Origin: a virus
Lineage: Duplodnaviria; Caudoviricetes
Reading direction: 5' to 3' (one strand)
DNA: 64,000 nt
Virus record (IMG/VR): IMGVR_UViG_3300005973_000002
Of this stretch, positions 31,968-40,791 are shown piece by piece (the stretch's first letter is position 1; each line of letters begins with the position of its first letter). The notes below the pieces were generated by a model that was given only the letters and a program-made list of their open reading frames with translations, did not search any database and had not been told where the DNA came from. Position numbers and translations under genes: made by a program.

Positions 31968-32568
31968 TTAAGCTTTTTTGTTTTGATAATTCGCTTGAAA
32001 CTTATCTTTTGTCTCTATTGGGCAATTTGGTTTAATGCCAAGTGGGTTTGGGGTGGAATGTTTTGCAAACCACACACCAACACCATCTGAAACCAAACGA
32101 AAAAAATTGCCTAGGCCCTGTCGTTTCTGCGGGTAACAATTCATGAGGCGTTCTATCTGTCATCCAATAGAGATAATTCGGTTTCATTACTTCGTTTTTG
32201 GCATTGGGCTGGGAACAACTGCCCATATGATCTACATCATAGGTAATACAATCCCAAACACGGCAGCGACCGTCAGTTGACGCCATATAAATTCCCTCGC
32301 TCGTGCCCCAACCACCACCCCAACCAGCTCGATTGGTTCCGTCTGTGTGAATTCCTGGCCTGCGAAGAGTTTTGTCTTTTCTTACCATACCTTCATGAAC
32401 TGTTAGGTAAACAATCGAACCCTCTTTTAGAGGGCATTTATCAATCATTGATTGATAATGACTAAGGAAAGATGGAACGGAGTTGGGATCGCCAAAAATA
32501 ATTGGCATCATGTTTACATGAATGTTATTACTTTTAGGAAAAGTTACACTTTCAATTTCTCTATACAT
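31968..32568 (-). CDS. 2OG-Fe(II) dioxygenase-like protein with a +1 frameshift in a T7 run
   Basis: RRPGIHTDG (HxD), YWMTDRTPHE, RQFF. Removing one base of 32100-32106 restores RQFFRLVSDGVGVWFAKHSTPNPLG; the span is 601 nt = 3n+1. Confidence 0.7.
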
Positions 32569-32581
32569 GCTTACCCAAAAT

Positions 32582-32751
32582 TTTGGCGGTTAATGGGATT
32601 GATACCCACTTTGTGCCGGTCATCCTCCCCCGAGCGTATGTGGCACCATTCATCGGGATCTTAGGGACCTCCACGTCTGGAAAAAATCAGCCGTACAATG
32701 AGCTACTAAAGCACTCTGATATTTTTCACGAACCGTAGTGTAACCGCCAAA
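32582..32751 (-). ncRNA. Unidentified structured RNA closed by an 11-bp helix
   Basis: TTTGGCGGTTA/TAACCGCCAAA perfect inverted repeat, with internal GTGCC/GGCAC and GTGGG-TATCAAT-CCCAT. It fills a 200-nt intergenic gap. Confidence 0.5.
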
Positions 32752-32770
32752 GACTACTATATGCTAACAG

Positions 32771-33196
32771 CTAAGCAACATATACTAAACCATAATATTT
32801 GCCGACAGTTCTCTTGAACTTCCATTCGCCAAGCAAAACTCCATAAGTGCAGGCAGACTTTTGAAGAGCATGGAGAAAATCGGAATCACGAATATAAAAC
32901 AACTGTTTCGTTTCTGTATGTTCCAGAATTAACTGAGTGGTGGAATTGCAACTAATAAATCGTTCAACTTTGAAAGCGGCTTTGAATGGAGAATTATCTT
33001 TCCAGGTGACATTTAGATTATTATATCTTTTTCTGTTGACATAGTCAAAGTAACTAACGACGGAAACGTTCTTACCGCACGTCCACGGGACTCCCTTTTG
33101 GGTCCATGGGATTTGATAATCTTCACTTTTTTTATTCATTTGTTTCGAGCTGCCCCCTAACCATCCTATCTTTTCGACCTTTATATTTTCGGTCAT
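32771..33196 (-). CDS. Hypothetical protein, W-K-x-N-x-PFKA family (copy 1 of 3)
   Basis: WKDNSPFKAAF...GEWKF is shared with 36627-37019 and 37012-37422. Confidence 0.7.
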   Translation of the reverse strand: MTENIKVEKIGWLGGSSKQMNKKSEDYQIPWTQKGVPWTCGKNVSVVSYFDYVNRKRYNNLNVTWKDNSPFKAAFKVERFISCNSTTQLILEHTETKQLFYIRDSDFLHALQKSACTYGVLLGEWKFKRTVGKYYGLVYVA

Positions 33197-34022
33197 AGGA
33201 TTCTAACTGACGCAAATCCAAATTTGCATCCTTGCTTTTCATTGTTCCACCGCTCAGAAACAATTCAATCATTCTATCCTTTGTAAGAATTTTGGTTGTT
33301 TTGTCATCTTTCGAGGGACCCCATCCAAGCCTTGCCAAGAAATTAAGCATTGCATCAGGATCATATCCACTGTCAATATACAATTGAAATGTTGAAGCTT
33401 GTTCTCTTTTTGAGAGTTTTTTTCCCTGATGACGCAAAAGTCCAACGTGACTATATTTTGGCAAAACGCCGCCAAGGAGGTCATACAACAAAACCTGCTT
33501 TGCTGTATTTGTAATGTGGTCCACGCCTCGAATTATATGATTGATGTCCATTTCAATATCATCAACTACAGAAGCAAAATGATAAGTGGGACTACCGTCA
33601 GATTTGATCAATGTTAGATTATCAAACCCCCGAACATTGTCCGCCCGAATGGGAATGTTGCCAGCAATATCATCAACCCAATAACTTCTGGAAAGAAAAT
33701 CACCAACAAGATTTAAATGAACTCGCTTACCATCTCGAACGGCTTTGCCACTGTCTACCAGAAACGACACGGCAGCATCATAATGCTCCATTCTTTTACT
33801 CTGGTAGTCTAAACCATCCCAATCAAGCCCAAGCCACTCAAGGCTTTTCAAAAATTGGTCAGCCCATCTCTGCTCTGACCTTTCAAGATCGGTGTCATCA
33901 ATCCTAACAAAAAACTTACCACCAGAAGCTCTGGCGGCAAGCCAATTGAAATAAGCAGTTCTCATTGTACCCAAATGAGTAGGGCCTGTAGGTGAAGGTG
34001 CGATTCTAGTAAAAAACTTCAT
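33132..34022 (-). CDS. GluRS/GluQ-RS-like class I catalytic domain lacking the anticodon-binding domain
   Basis: TRIAPSPTGPTHLG (HIGH), RIDDTDLERS, PTYHFASVVDD, HIIRGVDH, KKLSKR (KMSKS), LNFLARLGW. It ends at about 296 aa, where the anticodon domain would begin. Confidence 0.9.
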   Translation of the reverse strand: MKFFTRIAPSPTGPTHLGTMRTAYFNWLAARASGGKFFVRIDDTDLERSEQRWADQFLKSLEWLGLDWDGLDYQSKRMEHYDAAVSFLVDSGKAVRDGKRVHLNLVGDFLSRSYWVDDIAGNIPIRADNVRGFDNLTLIKSDGSPTYHFASVVDDIEMDINHIIRGVDHITNTAKQVLLYDLLGGVLPKYSHVGLLRHQGKKLSKREQASTFQLYIDSGYDPDAMLNFLARLGWGPSKDDKTTKILTKDRMIELFLSGGTMKSKDANLDLRQLESYDRKYKGRKDRMVRGQLETNE

Positions 34023-35308
34023 ATTGCGCCACTTTGTCCAAAAAATGTCCAAGCTACATTTTCCCCGGAGAGTTTTGGTTCGCCTTCGTCGAAGGTATTT
34101 CTAATAGGCAACTCATGAACCTCTGCTACAACAGAGCAATGAATGGCTTGTGCATGATCAATAGCTACATCTAGACTATCACAAGGCCCTTGAAAATTTA
34201 AACCTTCGTAAGTATGCTCAAATACAAGGCAAAATAACATTATACCATCTTCAGATGGCAGAAATCTTCTTCTGTCATCCAGCATTCTCTGTCCTTAAAA
34301 AGGACCGTTGCTCCCAAATAATCATTTGGAAAATATATTTTTCCCCACTTGCCATACTTTTGGCCAACATACTTTGGAGAGTTGCAACTGTTTTTGATGG
34401 CCAAAACATACCATATCATTTTGAAAGATCAACAGGAATGCGAACCTTACGGAGATAGTCAGCAATTTGCTGAATGGCGTGTTCAACAACGCCTTCGGAC
34501 GGATTTGTGATCATATCCATCCTGAAGTGTTCTCCTGGGCCCTGAACACCCCAACTGCAAAGCATGAAAACATCATCGTCTTCCATAACGAATGAAATTC
34601 TACCGTGATTGGACTGCGGAAAATCAAATCCTTGATAGTAGACGATCATCTCTCCCTCGCCAATTTCAACATCACTATATTGCCTTGTTTCAGCAACACA
34701 TGAATATGTCCAAGAAAGACCTTGGCGGGCAAGATGTTTACATGCGATACCAATATATTCACATGTTTTATTATGATTCACGTTTTTCTCCAAACAACTG
34801 ATCATAATAAACAAACCCAATGAGTTCTTGTTTATCCTTTTCAAATTTGCCGCAATCCTGTTCCCATTTTTCCTTTAGCTCAATGTAATCTTCGTAAGCT
34901 TTATCTGATCGACCAGTAGGACCATAATGCAAATTTGGGACTTTTCCTTCATTATTATCTTTAAGTTTTTTATTTATAATACCTCTGCCGTTGAAGGGGA
35001 AATAATCTGTATGCAGCCCCATGTGCCCTTGCCATAAAGCATGTGTAGTAATTAAGCGAATTTTATCATCGTCTGTCAGTTTATAGACGTTGTATTTACG
35101 ATACCAGCCAAAATCATATTCTGTATCAATATCATCAGGGTCTTCGGCTACTGATACAAATTCTTCAAGCAAATCAAAATAGCATATTTCATTTTCATGT
35201 AACAAAACTCCACTAAGTGGTCCATCCCAATAATCCAAATGCCAGAGAATTTGCACGTTTTCAAGTTGTTTCATTTTTTTTGCTTTCCAATTTGTTTCAT
35301 CTTTTTAG

Positions 35309-35383
35309 CGAGACCTGTGGGATTTGAACCCACATCACTCCGGGTTAAAGCCGGCCGCATTACCAATTTTCTGCCAAGGTCCC
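35309..35383 (-). tRNA. tRNA with anticodon TTA (ochre-suppressor type; Gln/Glu-like loop)
   Basis: GGGACCT/AGGTCTC acceptor, G73, anticodon stem CCGG/CCGG, loop CT-TTA-AC (anticodon 35346-35348), T arm GTGGG-TTCAAAT-CCCAC. Confidence 0.85.
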
Positions 35384-35387
35384 ATTT

Positions 35388-35637
35388 GTGGCCGCCCCAG
35401 GAGTCGAACCTGGCTGTCCCACGACTGACGACCAAACTGTCCTATCTGCTTTGACGGGTCCTTCCCCCGTTTCTATGGCCACTTGAACTAACAACATTTC
35501 ATAATCTCATGGAAGCCACACACTTCCAGCAGGAATTGAACCTGCGCCGGGAACACTTGCCACTGTCGCCGAGCCAACTACTAGTTGTTATGTACGTCAT
35601 ATCGCCGTGCGGCAAAAACAGATAGGAACAGAACTTG
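35388..35637 (-). ncRNA. Unidentified structured RNA with two T-loop hairpins (YrlA/tRNA-like modules)
   Basis: A long-range helix of about 20 bp (35613-35637 with 35433-35453); GCAGG-TTCAATT-CCTGC stacked on TGGAAGT/GCTTCCA; CCAGG-TTCGACT-CCTGG; GTGGCC/GGCCAC. Confidence 0.6.
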
Positions 35638-35641
35638 TATG

Positions 35642-35998
35642 CTAACTTGTTATTTTTTTGTAACCCCTTCCTGCTACTTTCAAGTTTGCGCAAAGTTTAG
35701 CAGTTGCTTCACTTGGCTCGATTGTCAAGGCTGTGTACTGATTGATATCAGGCTCATAGAAAAGTGAATGCCTTAGTCCCTGGCTTTCGGTCAAGCAAAC
35801 AAATGCCTTCAATGCCGCTTCGTTTTTAACTCCCAAAACTACAATGGTGTTTGAATTAGTATACCACTTTCGCTCCTCTTCGGGGAAGTCGTGTGTAAAC
35901 TGATCCTTGGCATGAATGCTTTGTGCGATTTGATAGCCAGGCGAAATGTCCTGGCGAACCAATACATACATTTTCATTGTTGGTTGACTTTGCATCAT
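35642..35998 (-). CDS. Peptidyl-tRNA hydrolase 2 (PTH2)-like protein
   Basis: KMYVLVRQDISPGYQIAQSIHA, TIVVLGV, FYEPD, TALTIEP, LCANL. Confidence 0.75.
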   Translation of the reverse strand: MMQSQPTMKMYVLVRQDISPGYQIAQSIHAKDQFTHDFPEEERKWYTNSNTIVVLGVKNEAALKAFVCLTESQGLRHSLFYEPDINQYTALTIEPSEATAKLCANLKVAGRGYKKITS

Positions 35999-36456
35999 GC
36001 CACCTCACCGCTTTTATTGAGGATTTTAGTTACACGGCAAGAGACTTTAAATTTCTTAGGATTTTTCTCCCAACGAAAGATAACATTGTCGCCAGTCTTT
36101 AACCAATGAAGGATGTTGTCTTCATTGAACTCATTTTCAGACCAATAAACACGATAGCCGCCATAGATTATACAAATAGAAGCAATATTCCTAACAGCTT
36201 CATTGAGCTGCCAGTCATTAAAATAAAGTGACCTATTTGATTCAACGTCATCATACCGCTTACCCAACATTAGGGCATATGCTAGCTGGTGTAATCTCGA
36301 ATGCCAACCAAGAGATCGCTTTCTGTTCCACCCATAAGTTTTTCCTTCAAGGTGCTTAGAATTAATTTCTTTCTTTAGAATTCTACGAGACTCGTCGGTA
36401 AATCCATTAATAGCAGCTTTTAGCTTGTAAAGGTCTTTTTTCGTAAATGCCTTCAT
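35995..36456 (-). CDS. Conserved phage hypothetical protein heading the PTH2-like operon
   Basis: Strong SD (TTTAGGAGG) and the segment RSLGWHSRLHQLAYALMLGKRY; the stop overlaps the PTH2-like start. Confidence 0.7.
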   Translation of the reverse strand: MKAFTKKDLYKLKAAINGFTDESRRILKKEINSKHLEGKTYGWNRKRSLGWHSRLHQLAYALMLGKRYDDVESNRSLYFNDWQLNEAVRNIASICIIYGGYRVYWSENEFNEDNILHWLKTGDNVIFRWEKNPKKFKVSCRVTKILNKSGEVA

Positions 36457-36464
36457 TTTATCAT

Positions 36465-36564
36465 CCTCCTAAATTTGTTATAAAGTAACACACCAACTTT
36501 TTGGTAAAACAAAGTCGGTTTTAGGAGGTGGGCCTCGGTTATATATTTACCAGAAATGCAACAT
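36465..36564 (-). promoter_or_regulatory. Leader peptide / translational attenuator: MLHFW*IYNRGPPPK... overlapping an anti-SD three-way junction
   Basis: SD AGGA lies 7 nt before ATG 36564, with TAA at 36547-36549. Codons CCT CCT AAA (36520-36528) pair perfectly with TTTAGGAGG (36465-36473). P2 is ACCGACTTT/AAAGTTGGT and P3 is TGTTA/TAACA. Confidence 0.68.
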
Positions 36565-36626
36565 GATTATATCCTGTGCTTGTGAAAGGAAAATGTTTAA
36601 ATAAACACTTTCCAGCCAAGGTAGCG

Positions 36627-37019
36627 TTAGGCTAAGCAAACACTTAGGTATCGTCCTGATTTACGGAAAACCCATTCACCCACAAACACACCAGCAATAG
36701 CCGGCAGCGTTTTAAGTAGTTGAACAAAGTCTTCTTCCTTCATGACATATTCATAACCGTTTTCGGTATCATGAAGAACTGCTTGACAACTCGTACTCTG
36801 GTTTGAACTGTAAAGATGCGAAAGACTGAGCCCTGCCTTAAACGGCTTGTTTTCTTTCCATTCAATTGGTTCGGATTTGCGAATGTAGCCATACCCTCCA
36901 ATATTTGGATGCGCCATGTCGCAAGTTTCAGAATCTTTTTTGGGGCATTGACGTGGAACACATCCATGCTTTCCTACCACGTGAGGAACCAAAAAATTTT
37001 TATCGTCTTTTTCAGTCAT
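36627..37019 (-). CDS. Hypothetical protein, W-K-x-N-x-PFKA family (copy 2)
   Basis: EPIEWKENKPFKAGL...GEWVF; the start ATG overlaps the upstream TGA (ATGACTGA). Confidence 0.75.
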   Translation of the reverse strand: MTEKDDKNFLVPHVVGKHGCVPRQCPKKDSETCDMAHPNIGGYGYIRKSEPIEWKENKPFKAGLSLSHLYSSNQSTSCQAVLHDTENGYEYVMKEEDFVQLLKTLPAIAGVFVGEWVFRKSGRYLSVCLA

Positions 37020-37422
37020 TGTTAAATTCATTAGCCTTTTCGGCAGGAACTATTGAAAGAAAGCCACCATAACTATGAAAAACCCATTCGCCAAGACAAA
37101 CACCCATAATCCACGTTGTTTTATCCATCATTTCATTGAAAAGATCTTCGCCAACATAATAAGTGGCCTCTGTTTCCGTATTTCTCATCAAGAACTGAAC
37201 TGACGAACGTTTGTTTACAACCCTATCAAATCTCAGAGCGGCTTTGAACGGCTTATTTTTCCTCCACTCAATTGGCTCGCCATCGGCTCGTTTGTTGATG
37301 GTCCAATCGTATCTTCCAGGCCAATGTGTTTATTTTCGCTTGGGGCGTCGCCAAGGAACAGAACCATCTGGGTAAAATGGAATTTCATCCTCATAAGGAT
37401 TTTTGAGCTTTCTATTTGTCAT
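37012..37422 (-). CDS. Hypothetical protein, W-K-x-N-x-PFKA family (copy 3), with an in-frame TAA at 37330-37332
   Basis: MTNRK...RRPKRK*THWPG...EPIEWRKNKPFKAALRF...GEWVFH; 137 codons, matching the length of its paralogs. Not in the ORF track. Confidence 0.85.
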
Positions 37423-37810
37423 CACTATTCTTTTTCAGTATTAAGTTTAGCGATAAGTGGATCATTAGGGCCAAGATATTCAACCAATTTATCTGGCCTT
37501 GCAAGCAGCCATTGATCACTCGTGATTGGCTTTCCTTCACATTCTGGTGGAAAAATTTCTATTTGTGGACAGTTGCCCCAATCTACATCAGCTTCGGAAA
37601 TATATCCCCATCCATATTCCGTGCCCTCCCAACCAGGATCAAAAAATATTTTTGTGGAATCTTCTACGTTAACAACACCCCATTCATGTTGGCCAAAGTA
37701 TACTTGGACATGCAATTCATCTTCATGCTTGTGAATTGGACCATGTTCATGCCAGTTTGCTTTGGGGTGTGCCCTAAGCAAATCTTCTTATGATTTATAA
37801 ACCTTTACTT

Positions 37811-38383
37811 TCATTTTTTTCGCTTGTTGTTTTCTTTCAGCATGTTGATAAAGGTTAGCCCTTGTTCCCTCGCATCATCAATTGCCACATGAGTATGAGG
37901 CATATTTTTAGGAAACCACCGTTTTGGCCAAAAGCGTTTGCTTGTTTTCTTGTAACCTGTTTGTCTCATTGCCATCACATAAGTTCGTACGTCTACACAA
38001 GAATGACTAAAAAGAGAATGACCAGTAAAATGCTTCATATACCAGTACATAAAAAGAAAATCAAAGCCGGATGGCATACAAACCATCACAGGTTTATATG
38101 TGCTTCCACATAATCTTTTTACCCATTTATCAAATGCCTTAAAGGCATCTTTAGGTTTCTGAAGATTTCTCCTGTGAGCATTCCACGCATCTGGAAATTG
38201 CTTCCACCATTCCATGGTGGAAGCATCTGGCTGGGCACCGGGAAGCAACTCTAGGTTTGCTTCAAAAAAATCTAATTCTTCCCCATCTTCGGTAAAAGCA
38301 ACAACACCAAAGCTGAGCAATGAATTGATTGCAGGCAATGGACCATCGGTTTCAATGTCCGTGCTAAAATATAATTCTTTCAT
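37811..38383 (-). CDS. DEDDh 3'-5' exo(ribo)nuclease (Rv2179c-like)
   Basis: STDIETDG, SGFDFLF, VDVRTY, HTHVAIDDAREQ. Confidence 0.85.
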   Translation of the reverse strand: MKELYFSTDIETDGPLPAINSLLSFGVVAFTEDGEELDFFEANLELLPGAQPDASTMEWWKQFPDAWNAHRRNLQKPKDAFKAFDKWVKRLCGSTYKPVMVCMPSGFDFLFMYWYMKHFTGHSLFSHSCVDVRTYVMAMRQTGYKKTSKRFWPKRWFPKNMPHTHVAIDDAREQGLTFINMLKENNKRKK

Positions 38384-38671
38384 TTGATTATCTGTAACAG
38401 GATCTTTGTACGATAACGCAAACATCCGAACCTGGCACATTTACAAAACCAGTTCCTTCTGCGTCGACTACTGTAAAAAATCCATTTGCTTCTTGTGAAA
38501 CAGAATCAACCAGCCAAGAACCATAGTCAGCCACCACGACATCGCCCTTTCGAAGGGCGCTTATTGTGATATATTGCTTTCCAAGCTTTGCAACTAGTTG
38601 TTCTAATGTAAGTCCACTCATTTATTTCTCCTACAGTAGCAGAATAGCAATGCTAGATAAACCTGTTTAGG

Positions 38672-39701
38672 CTATTCTTGTAAAATCCAAGCTGCATCAT
38701 GACTTACTTTAGTGTCGTAAATCGACAATTCAACAATCTCTTTTTCGATTTGAAAATCAAACTGGTGAAGTTCAGCTTTGATTTCTTCAAGTTTCTTTTT
38801 AAAATCCTCGTAGTACATCTCGTAGTTACGATAAGTCACCATAATAGTGAAAGTCCCGTCATCATATCGCTTGAAAACATTTGAACTTCTACGAGCCCCA
38901 TGTTTACCAGCAATGGTTTTTAAGAATCTCTAATTTTTCTTCTGTGCAAAGACAGTTGAGATGACTCTCAAAGTAACAGTTGGGCGGCATTACCGGATTT
39001 TCATGCTTTTGCGAAGGCGCAGCCGGATGCCAGGGAATAGTTTCGATCTTTTCACGGACAACTTCCCAGCCGCCTTGTCGCAAAGAATGTGTGATGCGCT
39101 TCATTTCTTCATAAGCCTCACGGTTGTTACCCATGAAAGTGGAAGACGTCATTAAATCTTTCATAACCTTGCCACCGCTAAGGTGAAGATCAAGCAAAAT
39201 TGGTTTTACACCAGCATCCTTGCAATCTCTTTTAAATTCTTCAACTGTATGTTTTTGCAGTGTTTCGAGATTGTTTTTTTGTAGTTTGGAAATTTCTTCA
39301 TTTGAAATAAAAGCATTGCCATCAGAAGTGAAAACGGGCTTACTTTTTTCAATATCAACAGTGACATGAATTTCGTATGGAATTGGATATTTGAGTCTAT
39401 GTTCCCTTGCCTGTAGGTCTGCCCATATTTTCATTTTGTGGCTAACCATCGTTTCGAACTCTTCGTCCGAAAAATCAAGGTCATACACAATCGACTGCAA
39501 GCAAAGATACCCATCTGCACACTCTTCAAGAATTCGAGCCTTACTTACAAAACGATGATTGGTCGCAAATGCGTTATCGTATGGAAGAACTACCTTTGCA
39601 AGCTCGCCAACTTCTTCACAGGTCTTCAAAGCCTTTTGTGAAAGGTTCTTCTCATCAGATTTGGTAAGCGTCTTAATATAGTCAAGTATTTTCTTATCCA
39701 T
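38672..39701 (-). CDS. MazG-like NTP pyrophosphatase fused to a C-terminal duplicated alpha/beta domain; +1 frameshift at 38917-38921
   Basis: LKTCEEVGELAK...ILEECADGY, then YEIHVTV...VVREKIE...YFESH. Removing one base continues as KTIAGKHGARRSSNVFK...EKEIVELSIYDTKVSHDAAW; the span is 1030 nt = 3n+1. Confidence 0.75.
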
Positions 39702-39712
39702 AATTCCTCAAA

Positions 39713-40492
39713 TCAATCGTTTGGACCGACCCGAATAATACGATCAGATGCCTCGTAAATCAGCGCATTACGCTCTCTTGCACGCTCTGTAAAGCCTTCT
39801 ACAGTTTCAAAGCTGCGACGCACTACAACATAAACCTTGGGCGTCCCAGGCTCTTCTACACGACGCTGACCTGGGTCAAGGTTGTGGTCGTTCTCTTCAA
39901 CTGTATTGTATGACTCAAGAACTCGACGAAATACTCGTACAGTTACTTCTGGCACTGCCCTTGGAGCAGTGAAAACAACTCTTACAAATTCTTCAGCCTC
40001 CCGAGTTCCTTCGTGGGTGGATACCGTCATCGTAACAGGAAATGGATAGGGATTTTCAATTACCAAATCTTTCGAACCCCAATCAACTGTCGCATCCAAG
40101 CCAGGTCGAATATAGGTGCTAATTCTAGAATGGGGATGTTGTTCTATGATAGTCAAACCAGCATACATAGCAGCTGCGTAAATCGTACTAGCAGTTTGAC
40201 AGATTCCACCGCCATAATCACGTTCCATTCTACCGGAAATGATCACAGGTGCTTGACGAAAGCCTCTTGAACGTGTTCGTTCACCAACAATATTATTAAA
40301 TGAAAATTGTTCGCCAGGTTCAAGCCTGATTGTCGAGATAATTTCTGCCGTTCGCCTAATGTTGTGTGCTCGACCTCGGTAACGACCATAGTCCCCATAC
40401 CTAGTCTCGATGGACGAGAGTTCAACAGTTTGTGCCTGTACGTTCACAGGTAGTGAAAATACGACACCCAAGACAAAAATTAGCCTCTTCAT
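39713..40492 (-). CDS. VanW-domain secreted protein with a G5-like C-terminal segment
   Basis: Signal peptide, then RAHNIR, PGEQFSFNNIVGER, GGGICQTASTIYAAA, HPHS, GLDATV, DLVIEN. Confidence 0.9.
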   Translation of the reverse strand: MKRLIFVLGVVFSLPVNVQAQTVELSSIETRYGDYGRYRGRAHNIRRTAEIISTIRLEPGEQFSFNNIVGERTRSRGFRQAPVIISGRMERDYGGGICQTASTIYAAAMYAGLTIIEQHPHSRISTYIRPGLDATVDWGSKDLVIENPYPFPVTMTVSTHEGTREAEEFVRVVFTAPRAVPEVTVRVFRRVLESYNTVEENDHNLDPGQRRVEEPGTPKVYVVVRRSFETVEGFTERARERNALIYEASDRIIRVGPND

Positions 40493-40791
40493 TTATTTTC
40501 CTCTGGAAAAGCTGACAGCAATGCTCTGCTAATCAGACGCCAAACACTATACGACTTCCTTGGAAAGTTTTTTACTTCCCCAAGACGAGCAGCTTTTATC
40601 GCAGCCTTTCCATTGACCGGCATAGGGCATTTTGTTGAACCTTTACGGCAAACTGCTACCTTGTAATCGCCTTTTTTATCAGTTTTCAATCCACCGGTAT
40701 TTGCGATATATATTCTGCCAAGTTCTTTGGCTCTATTGGCATCGCCCTTGGGCCACAATTCAATTTTGACTACAATCATGCTTTATTCCAT

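Noticed and set aside
32600-32725. SAM-I riboswitch (fragments ATATCAGAG, GTGGAGG, CCCGATGAA, GGTGCCA)
   Set aside because: The P3 GCAAC strand is missing in the required order and P1/P2 cannot be paired. It is kept only as an unidentified RNA.
35388-35637. Second tmRNA or tRNA-Sec
   Set aside because: There is no G3.U70 acceptor, no matching 5' end, no AA-ending tag and no UCA anticodon loop.
35499-35693. 64-aa ORF overlapping the PTH2-like gene and the structured RNA
   Set aside because: It has no RBS and overlaps a better-supported gene and RNA helices.
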